Position numbers and translations under genes: made by a program. Shown in pieces: positions 12,415 to 25,164 of a stretch of DNA of 64,000 nucleotides. The stretch spans positions 36,208,001-36,272,000 of the forward strand of contig NC_043007.1 in the NCBI RefSeq assembly GCF_006345805.1, in the 5' to 3' direction. This DNA is from Octopus sinensis (Eukaryota). Position 1 is the stretch's first letter. Each line of letters opens with the position of its first letter. Below the pieces are notes generated by a model, which saw nothing but the letters and a program-made list of their open reading frames with translations, ran no database searches and had not been told where the DNA came from.

Positions 12415-12762
12415 GGCGCAGGAGTGGCTGTGTGGTAAGTAGCTTGCTTACCAACCATATGGTTCCGGGTTCATTCCCACTGCGTGGCACCTTGGGCAAG
12501 TGTCTTCTACTATAGCCCCGGGCCGACCAAAGCCTTGTGAGTGGATTTGGTTGACGGAAACTGAAAGAAGCCCGTCGTATATATGTGTATACATGTATGT
12601 GTGTATATATGTTTTGTGTCTGTGTTTGTCTCCCCAACATCGCTTGACAACCGATGGTGGTGTGTTTACGTCCCCGTAACTTAGCGGTTCGGCAAAAGAT
12701 ACCGATAGAGTAAGTACTAGGCTTACAAAGAATAAGTCCTGGGGGTCGATTTCCTCGAGCTC
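12415..12762 (+). mobile_element. SINE family A (ggcgcaggagtggctgtgtggtaag head), intronic
   Basis: tRNA-like head with ggttcattccc B box, body gggcaagtgtcttctactatagcc..., internal (TA/TG)n. Confidence 0.9.
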
Positions 12763-13133
12763 TGGGCAAAATGTTATAGTGCATGACCATCCTTGGCACA
12801 TAAGTAATGTGTGTGTAAAGTTTGCTGAAAATCGGTTGAAAACTGTAGAAATGCATACGTAATACACACGCAGACACACAGACATTCTTTATTGGTAAAA
12901 TGTACAAATACCGTAGAGACAAATATATTTACGCACGGCAAAATTGAAGTACACTGAAGTCAATTTTTAGGCAAATGTGGCAAAACTGATTTTAAACACG
13001 CCGGGTAAACAAAAATTAGAAATAACTAAATTACTTTTCAGGGAGAACGTACAAAAACCGTTACAACAGAGATTTTTACGCACGATTAATTGAAATACAC
13101 GGATTCAATTTGTAGACAGAAGTTAGTAAGTAT

Positions 13134-16080
13134 GTTAGTTAGTTAGTTAGTTAGTTAGTTAATTTGGCTCAAAAGCAAATAGCAAGGCCATGTAGGGGGA
13201 CATGGAGTTAAGTACAGGGTGGTGTTCATGTAAAGAGTTCAGGCCACTTGAGGTCCAGGGAGGCTTTGAACAAAGCGGTCGTCGGCATCTTCACCATCTC
13301 GTCTGGCAGCTTGTTCCACGGATCCGCAACCCGGACGGAGAAAGCTCCTCTCCTTCGATTGAGATGAAATCGTCGCAGGTAGAGCTTTTCGGAATGACCC
13401 CGCAGCCGACGCTCCGGAGCAGGAGTGAAGAACAGCTCTTTCGAGAGGTTACACTTCCCGCTTATGATGTTGTGGGCGAGAATGAGATCACCACGGCGGC
13501 GGCGTTTTTCAAGAGAATAAAGGTCGAGCGTCCTCAGCCTTTCTTCGTAGGACAAATTTTTGAGACCATGAACCATGCGGGTAGCCAGCCTCTGGACTCT
13601 TTCGAGATGCTGTATGTCTTTGAGGAGATAAGGAGAAGAGGCTTGAATCCCATACTCCAATATGGGTCTCACCAGCGTGACATAGAGTGGCAGGAATATG
13701 GCTGCTGTGAGCATTCCGAATGACCGTCGAATCAAAAACAGAATTCCGCGCGCTTTGTTGGCAGCATGGACGCACTGAGCCGAAGGCGAAAAGGAGGAAT
13801 CCACCAAGATACCCAGGTCCTTTACCTGATCGGTCCTCTCCAGCAGCAGACGACCCGGCTCGAAATCAAGTTGAGTTGCAGGAGTAGAGCCGATAGGCAG
13901 ATGACAGCACTTTGACACGTTCAGACACAGGTCCCAATCGTTAGACCACTTCCAAATTTGGTGGAGGCATCGACGAAGATCCTCTATATTACCGCGAGGA
14001 GCGACCAGTTTGATATCGTCGGCAAATAGAAGGGTGTGTTGCGTGAGGTCGTCGGGCAAGTCATTTATGAAGACTAAGAACAACAAGGGCCCAAGCACTG
14101 AACCTTGAGGCACGCCACTGCTCGCACTGGAGACGTCGGACCGCGAACCATTAACTTGAACTTGGAAGGAGCGATCTGAGAGGAAGGCACCAACCCATCG
14201 TACAATATCCGGATGGAAACTATATGCTTGAAGCTTGACAGTAGTAGGCGGTGGTTTACCGAGTCAAAAGCTTTGGCAAAGTCCAATAAAACGATGTCAA
14301 CAGCATCACTATCATCGAGGATGCGCGTCACCAATTCTTCATTACTAGTAAGTTGGTCAAGCATGATCTCTTCGGCACGAAGCCGTGTTGGGAATCAGTG
14401 ATCGAGGCTGTGTTTAGGAGGTGGAGCATCATACTTTTCTTAAGGATGGTTTCGAACATCTTGCTGATTATTGATGTTAGGGAAACCGGTCAGTAGTTAA
14501 GTGGGTCTTCGCGGCTCCCTTTCTTGAAAATTGGGCAGATTATCGCTGTTCTCCAGTCTGCAGGTATAACACCCGTCGCCAATGACATATTGAATAGTCG
14601 TGTTAAGGGCTCGCAGATGACCGGAGCCAACGCTTTGATAACCCGTGGGTGTATGCCGTCAGGGCCGTGACCCTTGTTGACATCGAGGCCTTGAATAACA
14701 CGTTTGACTTCGTCCCGCGTGATGATCAATGGAAGCATTGGAGGTACCGATCTATCAAATGGAGGGGGTTCACGACCGTCATCTTGTTTGAAAATAGTTG
14801 AAAAAGCCTCGGCAAATAATTGACTCTGTTGATAAGGGTCCTCAATCGATACGCCTGTTGAGTCTACCAATGTTGCAATCTGGTTGTTCAAGCGGGAATT
14901 CCGCTGGACATAGGCAAAGAAGGTTTTTGGATTGCTACTGGCATTTGCCGCGATTTTGTATTCATAACTGAAGCGTTCTTTCTTTTCAATTTTCACGGCT
15001 CGGTCTCGTTGAGTTTTGTACACCTCAAAAGCTGCAGTCGAATCCAGATTTTTGAATTCAGCCCAAGCTCGTTTAACCTTCTTCGTCACCCAGGGCTTGT
15101 GTTTCTTCCTCTTGGGAAGCCCAACGGGAACTGCCTGGTCAGTCAAACAGATTACATATGCTTTGAGGGATGACCATAGTTCGTCAACTGAGGACAACGT
15201 CATCAGGGATCGCCAGTCCAGAAGCGCGGAAGCCTCGGTTAGAATTTCAAGATTAATTGCAGAGAAGACTACGTGGCAGCGAAGTAATCGTGGGCGTGGA
15301 AAAAGTTGTGTGCATGACGAACTTCAGGACCGCACGATCACTCTTGGCAGAGGGGCGCACACAGATACGTCTGACACTGATCTTGGATAGCGGGAGAATA
15401 CCAGATCTAGCATAGATGGCTGCTGCCCAGACCGATGCCTTGTCGGATATTCAACATGTTGCGATAGAAAACAATCTTCAGCCACGTCAAGAAGGGCCTG
15501 GCCGAACCGGGAAGATGTTGTACAAATTGATGCGGGCCAATCGATCGTGGGAGCGTTGAAGTCGCCTAGTACCAAGCAGTCATGCGAAGCTGAAACGAAT
15601 CTTATCGCTTCGAGTAGATGAGCATCGTCCTGGGGGTCGGCTAGAGGCGGCCTGTAGACAGCTAACACGGGCAGGCAAAACTCAGATAGGCTCAGCTTGC
15701 AATAGACGGCATCGAATTTGGTTGTAGGTTGAGCATTTGTGGGTAGAATACTGCAGGACGGTTTGTGCTCAGACTTAACATACACAGCAACACCTCCACC
15801 TCGCCCTTTTCCTCTGTCACATCTGAAAAGGACGTAGCCCTGCAGGTGGATTTCTGAGTCCTTTACTGCTGGAGTCAGCCAAGTCTCGGTGATAGCTATC
15901 ACATCAGGGGAATCACGTATGGCCAGTGTAAATAGTTCACTGAACTTTGGGAATAAGGAGCACGAGTTGGTGTAGACGATGCTGAGCTGTGAAGTCTGAG
16001 GGGCGGGAGTTGGGGAACAAGCAGAATAAAGGGCATCAGAGATAGCATCGTTGACGGGGGTATCAACTTCACTTCGATTT
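13134..16080 (-). mobile_element. CR1-group LINE, nearly complete ORF2 (APE endonuclease + RT)
   Basis: APE motifs (IAITETWL, VLGDFNAP), RT motifs (LDFAKAFDSVNH, GVPQGSVLGPLLF, FADD), CR1-type C-terminus (LRGHSEKL..RRGAFSVRV..WNKLP) and a (TAAC)n 3' tail at 13134-13160; several frameshifts. Confidence 0.9.
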
Positions 16081-16119
16081 GCCCTCACATCATGTGAGTG
16101 AGCTAGAGAGAGAGAGAGA

Positions 16120-16165
<46 letters not shown>

Positions 16166-16357
16166 AACAGAGAGTTAATTCGGTACTCGACTGACGAAAG
16201 AAAACTCCAAATGACCCGTCCTTGTTTTTTCCTGTCCCTTTTGTATCATCTAATTGTCTGGATGTTTTGTTGTCGCCTGTTGCATTCTTGCCCCATTTTT
16301 TTTATATTTCTTTTTTTATATACATATAGCTGCGTACGTATACTTTGGTCTCCTACA

Positions 16358-16417
<60 letters not shown>

Positions 16418-16443
16418 GATAGATAGATAGATAGATAGATAGA

Positions 16444-17951
16444 CTTCTCCCTCTATACCTACGTATTGGGCTAGTCTATTTCATCGTCTGAGGGCGCCCA
16501 CACAACACCTCCCCCTTTTGAGTTTTTTAAACCCGAATTTATCAATTTTATTTCCACGGTGAGAAACTGGCATATCTTTTTCTCTTAGTGTTAATTTCCA
16601 TCATTTCTGTAGGTTTTCTCTTCCTGTTCGACCTTCGTGTTGGTTCTGCTTTTGCTTGTGGTTCTGGGACCTGGAACAAATCATACCATAAATCCATTGG
16701 TTCTTCTTGCCTCTCTTGATTTTTGGTATATCTTTTTTTAAATTGGTTTAAATGCCTTCTGTGTTCATATTTTGGTCCTTTTACTATGTACATCACGTTA
16801 CCCAGACGTCCAGTTATACTTCCTTGTTCCCAGTCCTGTTTTCCGTTACTATATATTTTAAAATACACTTTGTCACCTATGTTTAAAAAATTCACTTTTG
16901 ATCAATATGTCATCCAAGTATGGGACCGCGAACCCACAATCTGCTAGCATAGTATCCATCACTTGCTGAAATGTTGTTGGTGCGACCTTTACCCCCAAAT
17001 GGAAGTCTTTTGAAACGGTACAGACCTTTATGAGTATTGATTGTTAATATTTTAGCACATTCTTCATCTACCAGTAGTTGGAGGTAGGCCTCTGACAAAT
17101 CCAGCTTGGAAAAAATTTTCCCACCATTGCACTTAGCAAATATTTCTTCTGATAATTGTAATTTTTTAAACAATCATTAAGACCAGTTGAGAAGTCCGTA
17201 CATACTCTTACCTCGTTGTTCTTTTTTTTATATATACCGTAGGAGCCGCCTACTCAGAGTAGTTTACTTTTTCAATTACTTCCATGTCTACCAATCTTTT
17301 TAATTCCTTCTCAACTTGATTTAACGCCGCAAAAGGTACATTCCTTTTCGGTTTGAACACCGGCACCGCATTTTCTTTCAACTCAAACTTAATTTAATTT
17401 TTTACACATACCGAGCTCTTTCGAAAAAATATTAGGGTACATCTTTTTCAATTTTAATTTCATTTTTTCCGATGCTTTTTCTGACACAGACTGTGACGCA
17501 TTCACCTTGTTACATAATGTATTCAGTGACAGATCCCACAGGTCGAATCCTTCCATTAAATCTGTCCCGAACAGATTCATTGTATCCTTCATCCGGATTG
17601 TTATGAAATTCTTCGATTGAATTTGCAACACCATCTGCTGAAAATGAATCTGTCGTATTTCTCGACTGCAGGAACAATTCTGTTAACTTCTGTAGTTGCT
17701 GCTACTGCTGCTCTTGTTGTTTTACAACTGCTTTCAGTAACTCTTCCATTTCGGTACTATTCGAAACCTCGTCACCACTGTTATATCGCAATACTACACA
17801 GTAGCTGTGTGAGCTACGAAATCATCATCGCCACTGTTATGTCGCACGTTCGGATGCCTGCTACTCAATGCTACTCTCGACGTCTAAACTTCTTCCTCTA
17901 TATCTACGTACTGAGCTAGCCCACTTCATCGTCTGGGGCGTCCACACAACA
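16444..17951 (-). mobile_element. Internally deleted Ty3/Gypsy LTR retrotransposon
   Basis: 5' LTR starts TGTTGTG at 17951, with a PBS-like TGGTGACGAG at ~17777. RT motifs KLDLSEAYLQL, TINTHKGLYRFKRLPFG and YLDDILI are present. PPT AAAAGGGGGAGG directly precedes the 3' LTR TGTTGTG at 16507; about 65 bp of the two LTRs align. Confidence 0.85.
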
Positions 17952-18225
17952 AGGACTAATAGTGAAAGTATTAAACTGAAAGTATTATCTCACATTACAC
18001 TAGAGATGTTATTGTTTCACTTTTGACACATAATACTCAAATAGTGTAAGAGATAACAGATTGCTCCTAGCACGCACTAGGCAAGAATTTGAAATATTTT
18101 TTGGCACATGACACAGCATGGACCCTAAGTAAGGCATGTCTAAAATTTGAATGAAATGGCTGGTTGGTTCTCGAGTTTTTGTGATGCACACATACAGACA
18201 CACAGACAGATAGACACACTTTCTT

Positions 18226-18460
18226 ATGTATGTATGTATGTATGTATGTATGTATGTATGTATGTATGTATGTATGTATGTATGTATGTATGTATGTATG
18301 TATACGACGGGCCTCTTTTTTAGTTTCCGTCCCCCAAATACACTCAGAAGGCTTTGGTTGGCTCGAGGCTATAATAGAAGACACTTGTCGAATGTGTCAC
18401 GCAGTGGGACTGAAACCGGAATCATGTGGTTGAGAAGCAAGTTTCATACCACTCTTCCAC
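18226..18460 (+). mobile_element. (TATG)n followed by SINE family A head fragment (minus orientation)
   Basis: gaagacacttgtcgaatgtgtcacgcagtgggactgaaacc is the reverse of the family A head. Confidence 0.7.
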
Positions 18461-18484
18461 CGTTACATTAGTGTTTTATCTTAC

Positions 18485-18703
18485 CTCCTCGTTTATTTTC
18501 ACGAAATCTTGATACACCGAAGAGAAACCCTGCTTTTCACTATATTCCTCCTCGATACGTGAATGAGCGTAAAGATGCATTAATGTCTGACAACTCATCA
18601 TTACAGGGACATAAGAAATGAGTGTCACGTCGCTAATCTGGACGGACGATGTAGAGTCGTTATCGTTTTGGTTATCGTATACCTGTTTTGTATTTGGTTC
18701 CAT
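18485..18703 (-). CDS. SLC46-like transporter, first coding exon
   Basis: ATG at 18703 preceded by acceptor ttccttcttctcctctag|atc. Phase-0 donor GAG GAG|gtaaga joins to VQRLTSTW, giving INEEVQRLTSTW, the SLC46 EEVQ..TS.W motif. Confidence 0.75.
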
Positions 18704-18909
18704 GATCTAGAGGAGAAGAAGGAAAAAAAAATCAATAAATGAAACTTTAAAAAAATTAAAACAGTAAAATTATATAAAGAATTAAACGGGAGAGGAGGAC
18801 GATGAAGAGGGGGATGGAGTGGAGGAAGAGAAGGGGAGGAGGAAGTGGAGGAAGAAGGGGAAGAAATATCAAAAATAACTCAGATGAGGCCCTACAGGAG
18901 GATGGTACT

Positions 18910-19000
18910 GCATGCATGCGTGAATGTATGTATGTATGTATGTATGTATGTATGTATGTATGTATGTATGTATGTGTATATGTATGTATGTATGTATGTG

Positions 19001-19032
<32 letters not shown>

Positions 19033-19126
19033 TGTATGTATGTATGTATGTATGCATGCATGTATGTATGTATGTATGTATGTTTGTATGTATGTATGTA
19101 TGTATGTTTGTATGTATGTATGTATG

Positions 19127-19160
<34 letters not shown>

Positions 19161-19360
19161 TGTATGTATGTATGCATGTATGTATGTATGCATGTATGTA
19201 TGTATGTATGTATGTATGTATGTATGTATGTATGTATGCATGTATGTATGTATGTATGTATATATGCATGCATGTTGTATGGTATGTATGTATGTATGTA
19301 TGTATGTATGTATGTATGTATGTATGTATGTTTGTATGTATGTATGTATGTATGTATGTT
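18910..19360. repeat. (TATG)n microsatellite
   Basis: About 450 bp of near-perfect tatg repeat. Confidence 0.95.
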
Positions 19361-20568
19361 CGTACGTATGTTCAGTTGTGATAAAAACAATTTTACATTA
19401 ATCTAAAGGATTACTCCATACTTTTATAGAGTATTGACAGTGATTTCGAAGTTCGGCCGGCTAGCCATCGCCGGCCAGTGTGTCTATGTGTCTCTGGTGT
19501 GTGTAAACATATAGATGTACGTACGTGCGTGCGTATGTATGTATGTATGGATGTACGTATGTTATGTATATAGCCACAAGGAAACTATTGCCTCGTGAAC
19601 AAAATTACTGTACCTAGCGACTACAGTATTATATACACCAAAGGTATTCGAGGATAATAATAATACTAATAATAATAATAATATTCATATTATTATTATC
19701 TATTTCCCCTCAATCCCCATACCATCCCACTCTACTTCATCCTTAGGTCTTCCATTTTCTTCCAACCACCAAGAAATATATACATATATATATACATATA
19801 TATATACTATACAAAGTTCGTTATTGTTTGTCAACTATTAATATCCAAATGGAAAATGGCGGCGAGCTGGCAGATACGTTTGCGAGCCGGGTGAAATGCT
19901 TCAGTATTTGGTCTGTCTTTTTATGTACGTACGTATGTATGTATGTTTATGTCAGGTCACTTTCGGTGCTACTGGTAACATGTAACCCAATACAACCTGC
20001 TGCATGGTCGGGTCGTCGGCGACTAAACCGGCAACCCCACCAAGCTACTGGTGAGGAGGGTGTTTATTGGACACCCTGCGGGATGAAAAACAAAACCCGT
20101 CAAAGGGCGGAGGAACTCTTGAGAGTCAACGGCCACCCAATAAATGTCTTAAGGCTGTATCATGCGCGGGGACATAGAAATAATGGAACTGAATACCCGA
20201 TCGAGCGGTTAAACCATTGAGAGTGAAGGACTCCTAGCCTTTGTAAGGGCATCCTTCTAGGAGAAGGTAACTCAGGTAACTGGGATAACTCCGACATAAA
20301 ACCTGCGGCTCAGTGGTTACCGATGATGTTGACTTGTTCTTCTTTTCGGATTATGGCTGCTGTTGCTTAGTGAGTGGGATTGACTCAGTGCACAGCCTTT
20401 CCTCACTTTAAAAAAAATCTTCTTGCACAAGCATTGCACGATAACAACATTGATTAAGCTTCGTGCAGTAGCCATACTCGATAACGAGGGGGCAGCCACC
20501 ACCATGTATGTATGTATGTATGTTTGTATGTATGTAGTATGTAGTTTTTTGTATGTATGTATGTATGT

Positions 20569-20600
<32 letters not shown>

Positions 20601-21979
20601 TGTATGTATGCATGTATGTATGTATGTATGCATGTATGTATGTTGTATGTATGTATGTATGTATGTATGCATGTATGTATGTATGTATGTATATATGCAT
20701 GCATGTATGTATGTATGTATGTATGTATGTATGTATGTATGTATGTTTGTATGTATGTATGTATATGTATGTTCGTACGTATTTCAGTTGTGATAAAAAC
20801 AATTTTACATTAATCTAAAGGATTACTCCATACTTTTATAGATTTGACAGTGATTTCGAAGTTTCGGCCGGCTAAGCCATCGCCGGACAGTGTGTCTATG
20901 TGTCTCTGTGTGTGTAACATATAGATGTACGTACGTGCGTGCGTATGTATGTATGTATGGATGTACGTATGTTATGTATATAGCCACAAGGAAACTATTG
21001 CCTCGTGAACAAAATTACTGTACCTAGCGACTACAGTATTATATACACCAAAGGTATTCGAGGATAATAATAATAATAATAATAATAATAATATTCATAT
21101 TATTATTATCTATTTCCCCTCAATCCCCATACCATCCCACTCTACTTCATCCTTAGGTCTTCCATTTTCTTCCAACCACCAAGAAATATATACATATATA
21201 TACATATATATATACTATACAAAGTTCGTTATTGTTTGTCAACTATTAATATCCAAATGGGAAAATGGCGGCGAGCTGGCAGATACGTTTGCGAGCCGGG
21301 TGAAATGCTTAGCAGTATTTGGTCTGTCTTTATGTACGTACGTACGTATGTATGTATGTTTATGTCAGGTCACTTTCGGGTGCTACTGGTAACATGTAAC
21401 CCAATACAACCTGCTGCATGGTCGGGTCGTCGGCGACTAAACCGGCAACCCCACCAAGCTTACTTGGTGAGGAGGGTGTTTATTGGACACCCTGCGGGAT
21501 GAAAAACAAAACCCGTCAAAGGGCGGAGGAACTCTTGAGAGTCAACGGCCACCCAATAAATGTCTTAAGGCTGTATCATGCGCGGGGACATAGAAATAAT
21601 GGAACTGAATACCCGATCGAGCGGTTAAACCATTGAGAGTGAAGGACTCCTAGCCTTTGTAAGGGCATCCTTCTAGGAGAAGGTAACTCAGGTAACTGGG
21701 ATAACTCCGACATAAAACCTGCGGCTCAGTGGTTACCGATGATGTTGACTTGTTCTTCTTTTCGGATTATGGCTGCTGTTGCTTAGTGAGTGGGATTGAC
21801 TCAGTGCACAGCCTTTCCTCACTTTAAAAAAAATCTTCTTGCACAAGCATTGCACGATAACAACATTGATTAAGCTTCGTGCAGTAGCCATACTCGATAA
21901 CGAGGGGGCAGCCACCATGTATGTATGTATGTATGTTTGTATGTATGTATGTATGTATGTTTGTATGTATGTATGTATG

Positions 21980-22013
<34 letters not shown>

Positions 22014-23470
22014 TGTATGTATGCATGTATGTATGTATGCATGTATGTATGTATGTATGTATGTATGTATGTATGTATGCATGTATGTATGTATGTATGT
22101 ATATATGCATGCATGTATGTATGTATGTATGTATGTATGTATGTATGTATGTATGTTTGTATGTATGTATGTATGTATGTATGTTCGTACGTATGTTCAG
22201 TTGTGATAAAAACAATTTTACATTAATCTAAAGGATTACTCCATACTTTTATAGAGTATTGACAGTGATTTCGAAGTTTCGGCCGGCTAAGCCATCGCCG
22301 GACAGTGTGTCTATGTGTCTCTGTGTGTGTAAACATATAGATGTACGTACGTGCGTGCGTATGTATGTATGTATGGATGTACGTATGTTATGTATATAGC
22401 CACAAGGAAACTATTGCCTCGTGAACAAAATTACTGTACCTAGCGACTACAGTATTATATACACCAAAGGTATTCGAGGATAATAATAATAATAATAATA
22501 ATAATAATATTCATATTATTATTATCTATTTCCCCTCAATCCCCATACCATCCCACTCTACTTCATCCTTAGGTCTTCCATTTTCTTCCAACCACCAAGA
22601 AATATATACATATATATATACATATATATATACTATACAAAGTTCGTTATTGTTTGTCAACTATTAATATCCAAATGGGAAAATGGCGGCGAGCTGGCAG
22701 ATACGTTTGCGAGCCGGGTGAAATGCTTAGCAGTATTTGGTCTGTCTTTATGTACGTACGTACGTATGTATGTATGTTTATGTCAGGTCACTTTCGGGTG
22801 CTACTGGTAACATGTAACCCAATACAACCTGCTGCATGGTCGGGTCGTCGGCGACTAAACCGGCAACCCCCACCAGCTTACTTTGTGAGGAGGGTGTTTA
22901 TTGGACACCCTGCGGGATGAAAAAACAAAACCCGTCAAAGGCGGAGGAACTCTGAGAGTCAACGGCCACCCAATAAATGTCTTAAGGCTGTATCATGCGC
23001 GGGGGGGGACATAGAAATAATGGAACTGAATACCCGATCGAGCGGTTAAACCATTTAGAGTGAAGGATCCTAGCCTTTGTAGGGCATCCTTCTAGGAGAA
23101 GGTAACTCAGGTAACTGGGATAACTCCGACATAAAACCTGCGGCTCAGTGGTTACCGATGATGTTGACTTGTTCTTCTTTTCGGATTATGGCTGCTGTTG
23201 CTTAGTGAGTGGGATTGACTCAGTGCACAGCCTTTCCTCACTTTAAAAAAAATCTTCTTGCACAGGCATTGCACGATAACAACATTGATTAAGCTTCGTG
23301 CAGTAGCCATACTCGATAACGAGGGGGCAGCCACCATGTATGTATGTATGTATGTATGTATGTATGTATGTATGTATGTATGTATGTATGTATGTATGTA
23401 TATACGTACGTATGTATGTACGTATGTATGTATGTATGTATGTATGTATGTATGTATGTATGTATGTACA
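19358..23470. repeat. Three tandem copies of a ~1.41-kb composite unit
   Basis: gttcgtacgta..cagttgtgataaaaac recurs at ~19358, ~20772 and ~22183; cagccacc..atgtatg recurs at ~20494, ~21909 and ~23328. Units differ mainly by small indels. Confidence 0.9.
19960..20503 (+). mobile_element. ~540-bp retroelement module resembling an RTE-type 5' region (also in the other tandem units, and inverted at 25820-26272)
   Basis: Motifs gggcggaggaactcttgagagtcaacggcc and cttctaggagaaggtaactc..taaaacc resemble RTE 5' UTRs as I recall them. A related piece lies at ~44720-44830. Confidence 0.4.
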
Positions 23471-23665
23471 TGAGCTGGAAAACTCGTAAGCACGTCAGAT
23501 AAAATGATTAATAGTATTTCTTCCGGTTTTACACTCTGAGTTCAAATTCCACGAGGTCGACTTTGCTTTTCATCCTTTCGGGGTTGATGCATTACATAAT
23601 AGTGAAACACTGGGGTCGATGTAATCGACTAGTCCCCTCCCGCCAAATTTCAGGTCTTCTGCGTT
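23470..23665 (+). mobile_element. SINE family B
   Basis: gagttcaaattcc..gaggtcgactttgc body. Confidence 0.8.
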
Positions 23666-24526
23666 CTGTAAGAATTAAGTTGTTTTTTTAAGTTCATTTC
23701 CACTCTTCAATTTTTTGTATTCTTCTGTGTCATAGAACGGAAATTACGATTCTGAAAGAATTTTCAGTAATTTTTTTATTATTATTACTTTCGTCACACA
23801 CTAAAGGTGAATTTCTACCTTACAGAACGAGTGACTTTCAGCGGTTTGGAATGGTCAGATTCGTACAAAACACATAAAAAAACGGTTAGAAATACACATT
23901 TTTCACATTCAACGTAAGAAGGATGTAAGAGCTTAAATTTTTTTTTAAAAAGCAAAAAGGAAAGAATTATCGCATATTTTTCTGAAACGTTTCAGTTTTT
24001 TTCTTACATATTTCTGGCCCCCACCAACTTCATTCCTTCTCTTTTTCGTCCCCCCGTGAGATTGTGATAGCTAAACCGGAAATCCGCCATTAACACACAC
24101 TCTAGAAATTCAAAGTTTTAAGACAAGAAACAAAAAAAATCTACTCACAGCAAAATATTCATGAAAATTTCAAATAGCTTTACTTTAACAATTTGTTGAA
24201 AATTAAATTTTGCTTGTTTGAGTTATTGTTGGTTTTCCCCTCTTTCAATTCTTTTCCTCTCGTTAGAGAAAATATTTTTACTTACGAAGACACATCTATG
24301 CAGTTAACACGCGCCATTGACGATTACTCAGCACGTTATTGGTATTGCTATGTTCGGAAAATGGTACTGACGCAACGGTGAGATTTTTAAAAAATTTAAC
24401 AAAAAGATGGTTTTATATATATATATATATATATGTTAACGTGTGAATATAGAGGTTATCATCCAAGTTGTGTCCTCGTAAGGCACATCTGCATGTTTAC
24501 GTTAAATCAATGTATGTATATAGTTT

Positions 24527-24943
24527 GGATCTTTTCGGTTTGAACGGCAGTTTTTAACATAATTTCTAGGTAACTAAAAAATGTTTAACTTCGTATAATG
24601 GTAGAATGTGTTTATAAAACATCTTTTTCGCTTGGCTTTATTGAGAAAATTCTATAGTTTGTAAGATATTTGTTGTTTTTCTTTCTTCAATTTCTGCAAT
24701 TTCAACCAATCAATGACGTCTATTGAGGTAAAAAAAACATTCTGTGCCGTATGAATATGTCCCTCGTTTAAGAAACAGATTGGGTTTATTTACATTTGTG
24801 AAGAAAAAAAAGAACCCTCCCCCACCCCAACCCTAACCCTAAAAATAGATGAAATGCAATAGATCGATACTAGGGTCATAATTATGGGTGACAATTTCAT
24901 ATGACACCGCTAGAAAAAACTGCCGTTCAAACCGAAAAGATCC
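24527..24943. mobile_element. MITE with ~28-bp TIRs (GGATCTTTTCGGTTTGAACGGCAGTTTT) and ~8-bp TSD
   Basis: TIRs at 24527 and 24943; flanks tatagttt / tatagttc (one mismatch). Confidence 0.8.
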
Positions 24944-25164
24944 TATAGTTCTTTAATTTTAAATGTTATACAAAGCGATTGAAACTTTTGGTGAAACCAG
25001 TTTGCAACGTAATCACATATCAAAACAGGAGACTGAAAAAAATTGATATACTTTAAAAATATATATTACAAATATACCAAATTTTTGCTAGTCTTCTATT
25101 TTGAAATGTTTGTGCGCGCGTTAGAGTGCATGTATCTGTGTGTGTGTGTGTGTGTTCTTTCATT

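Noticed and set aside
24825-24845. ccctaaccctaa telomere-like hexamers
   Set aside because: Only two units, inside a MITE; not an interstitial telomere array.
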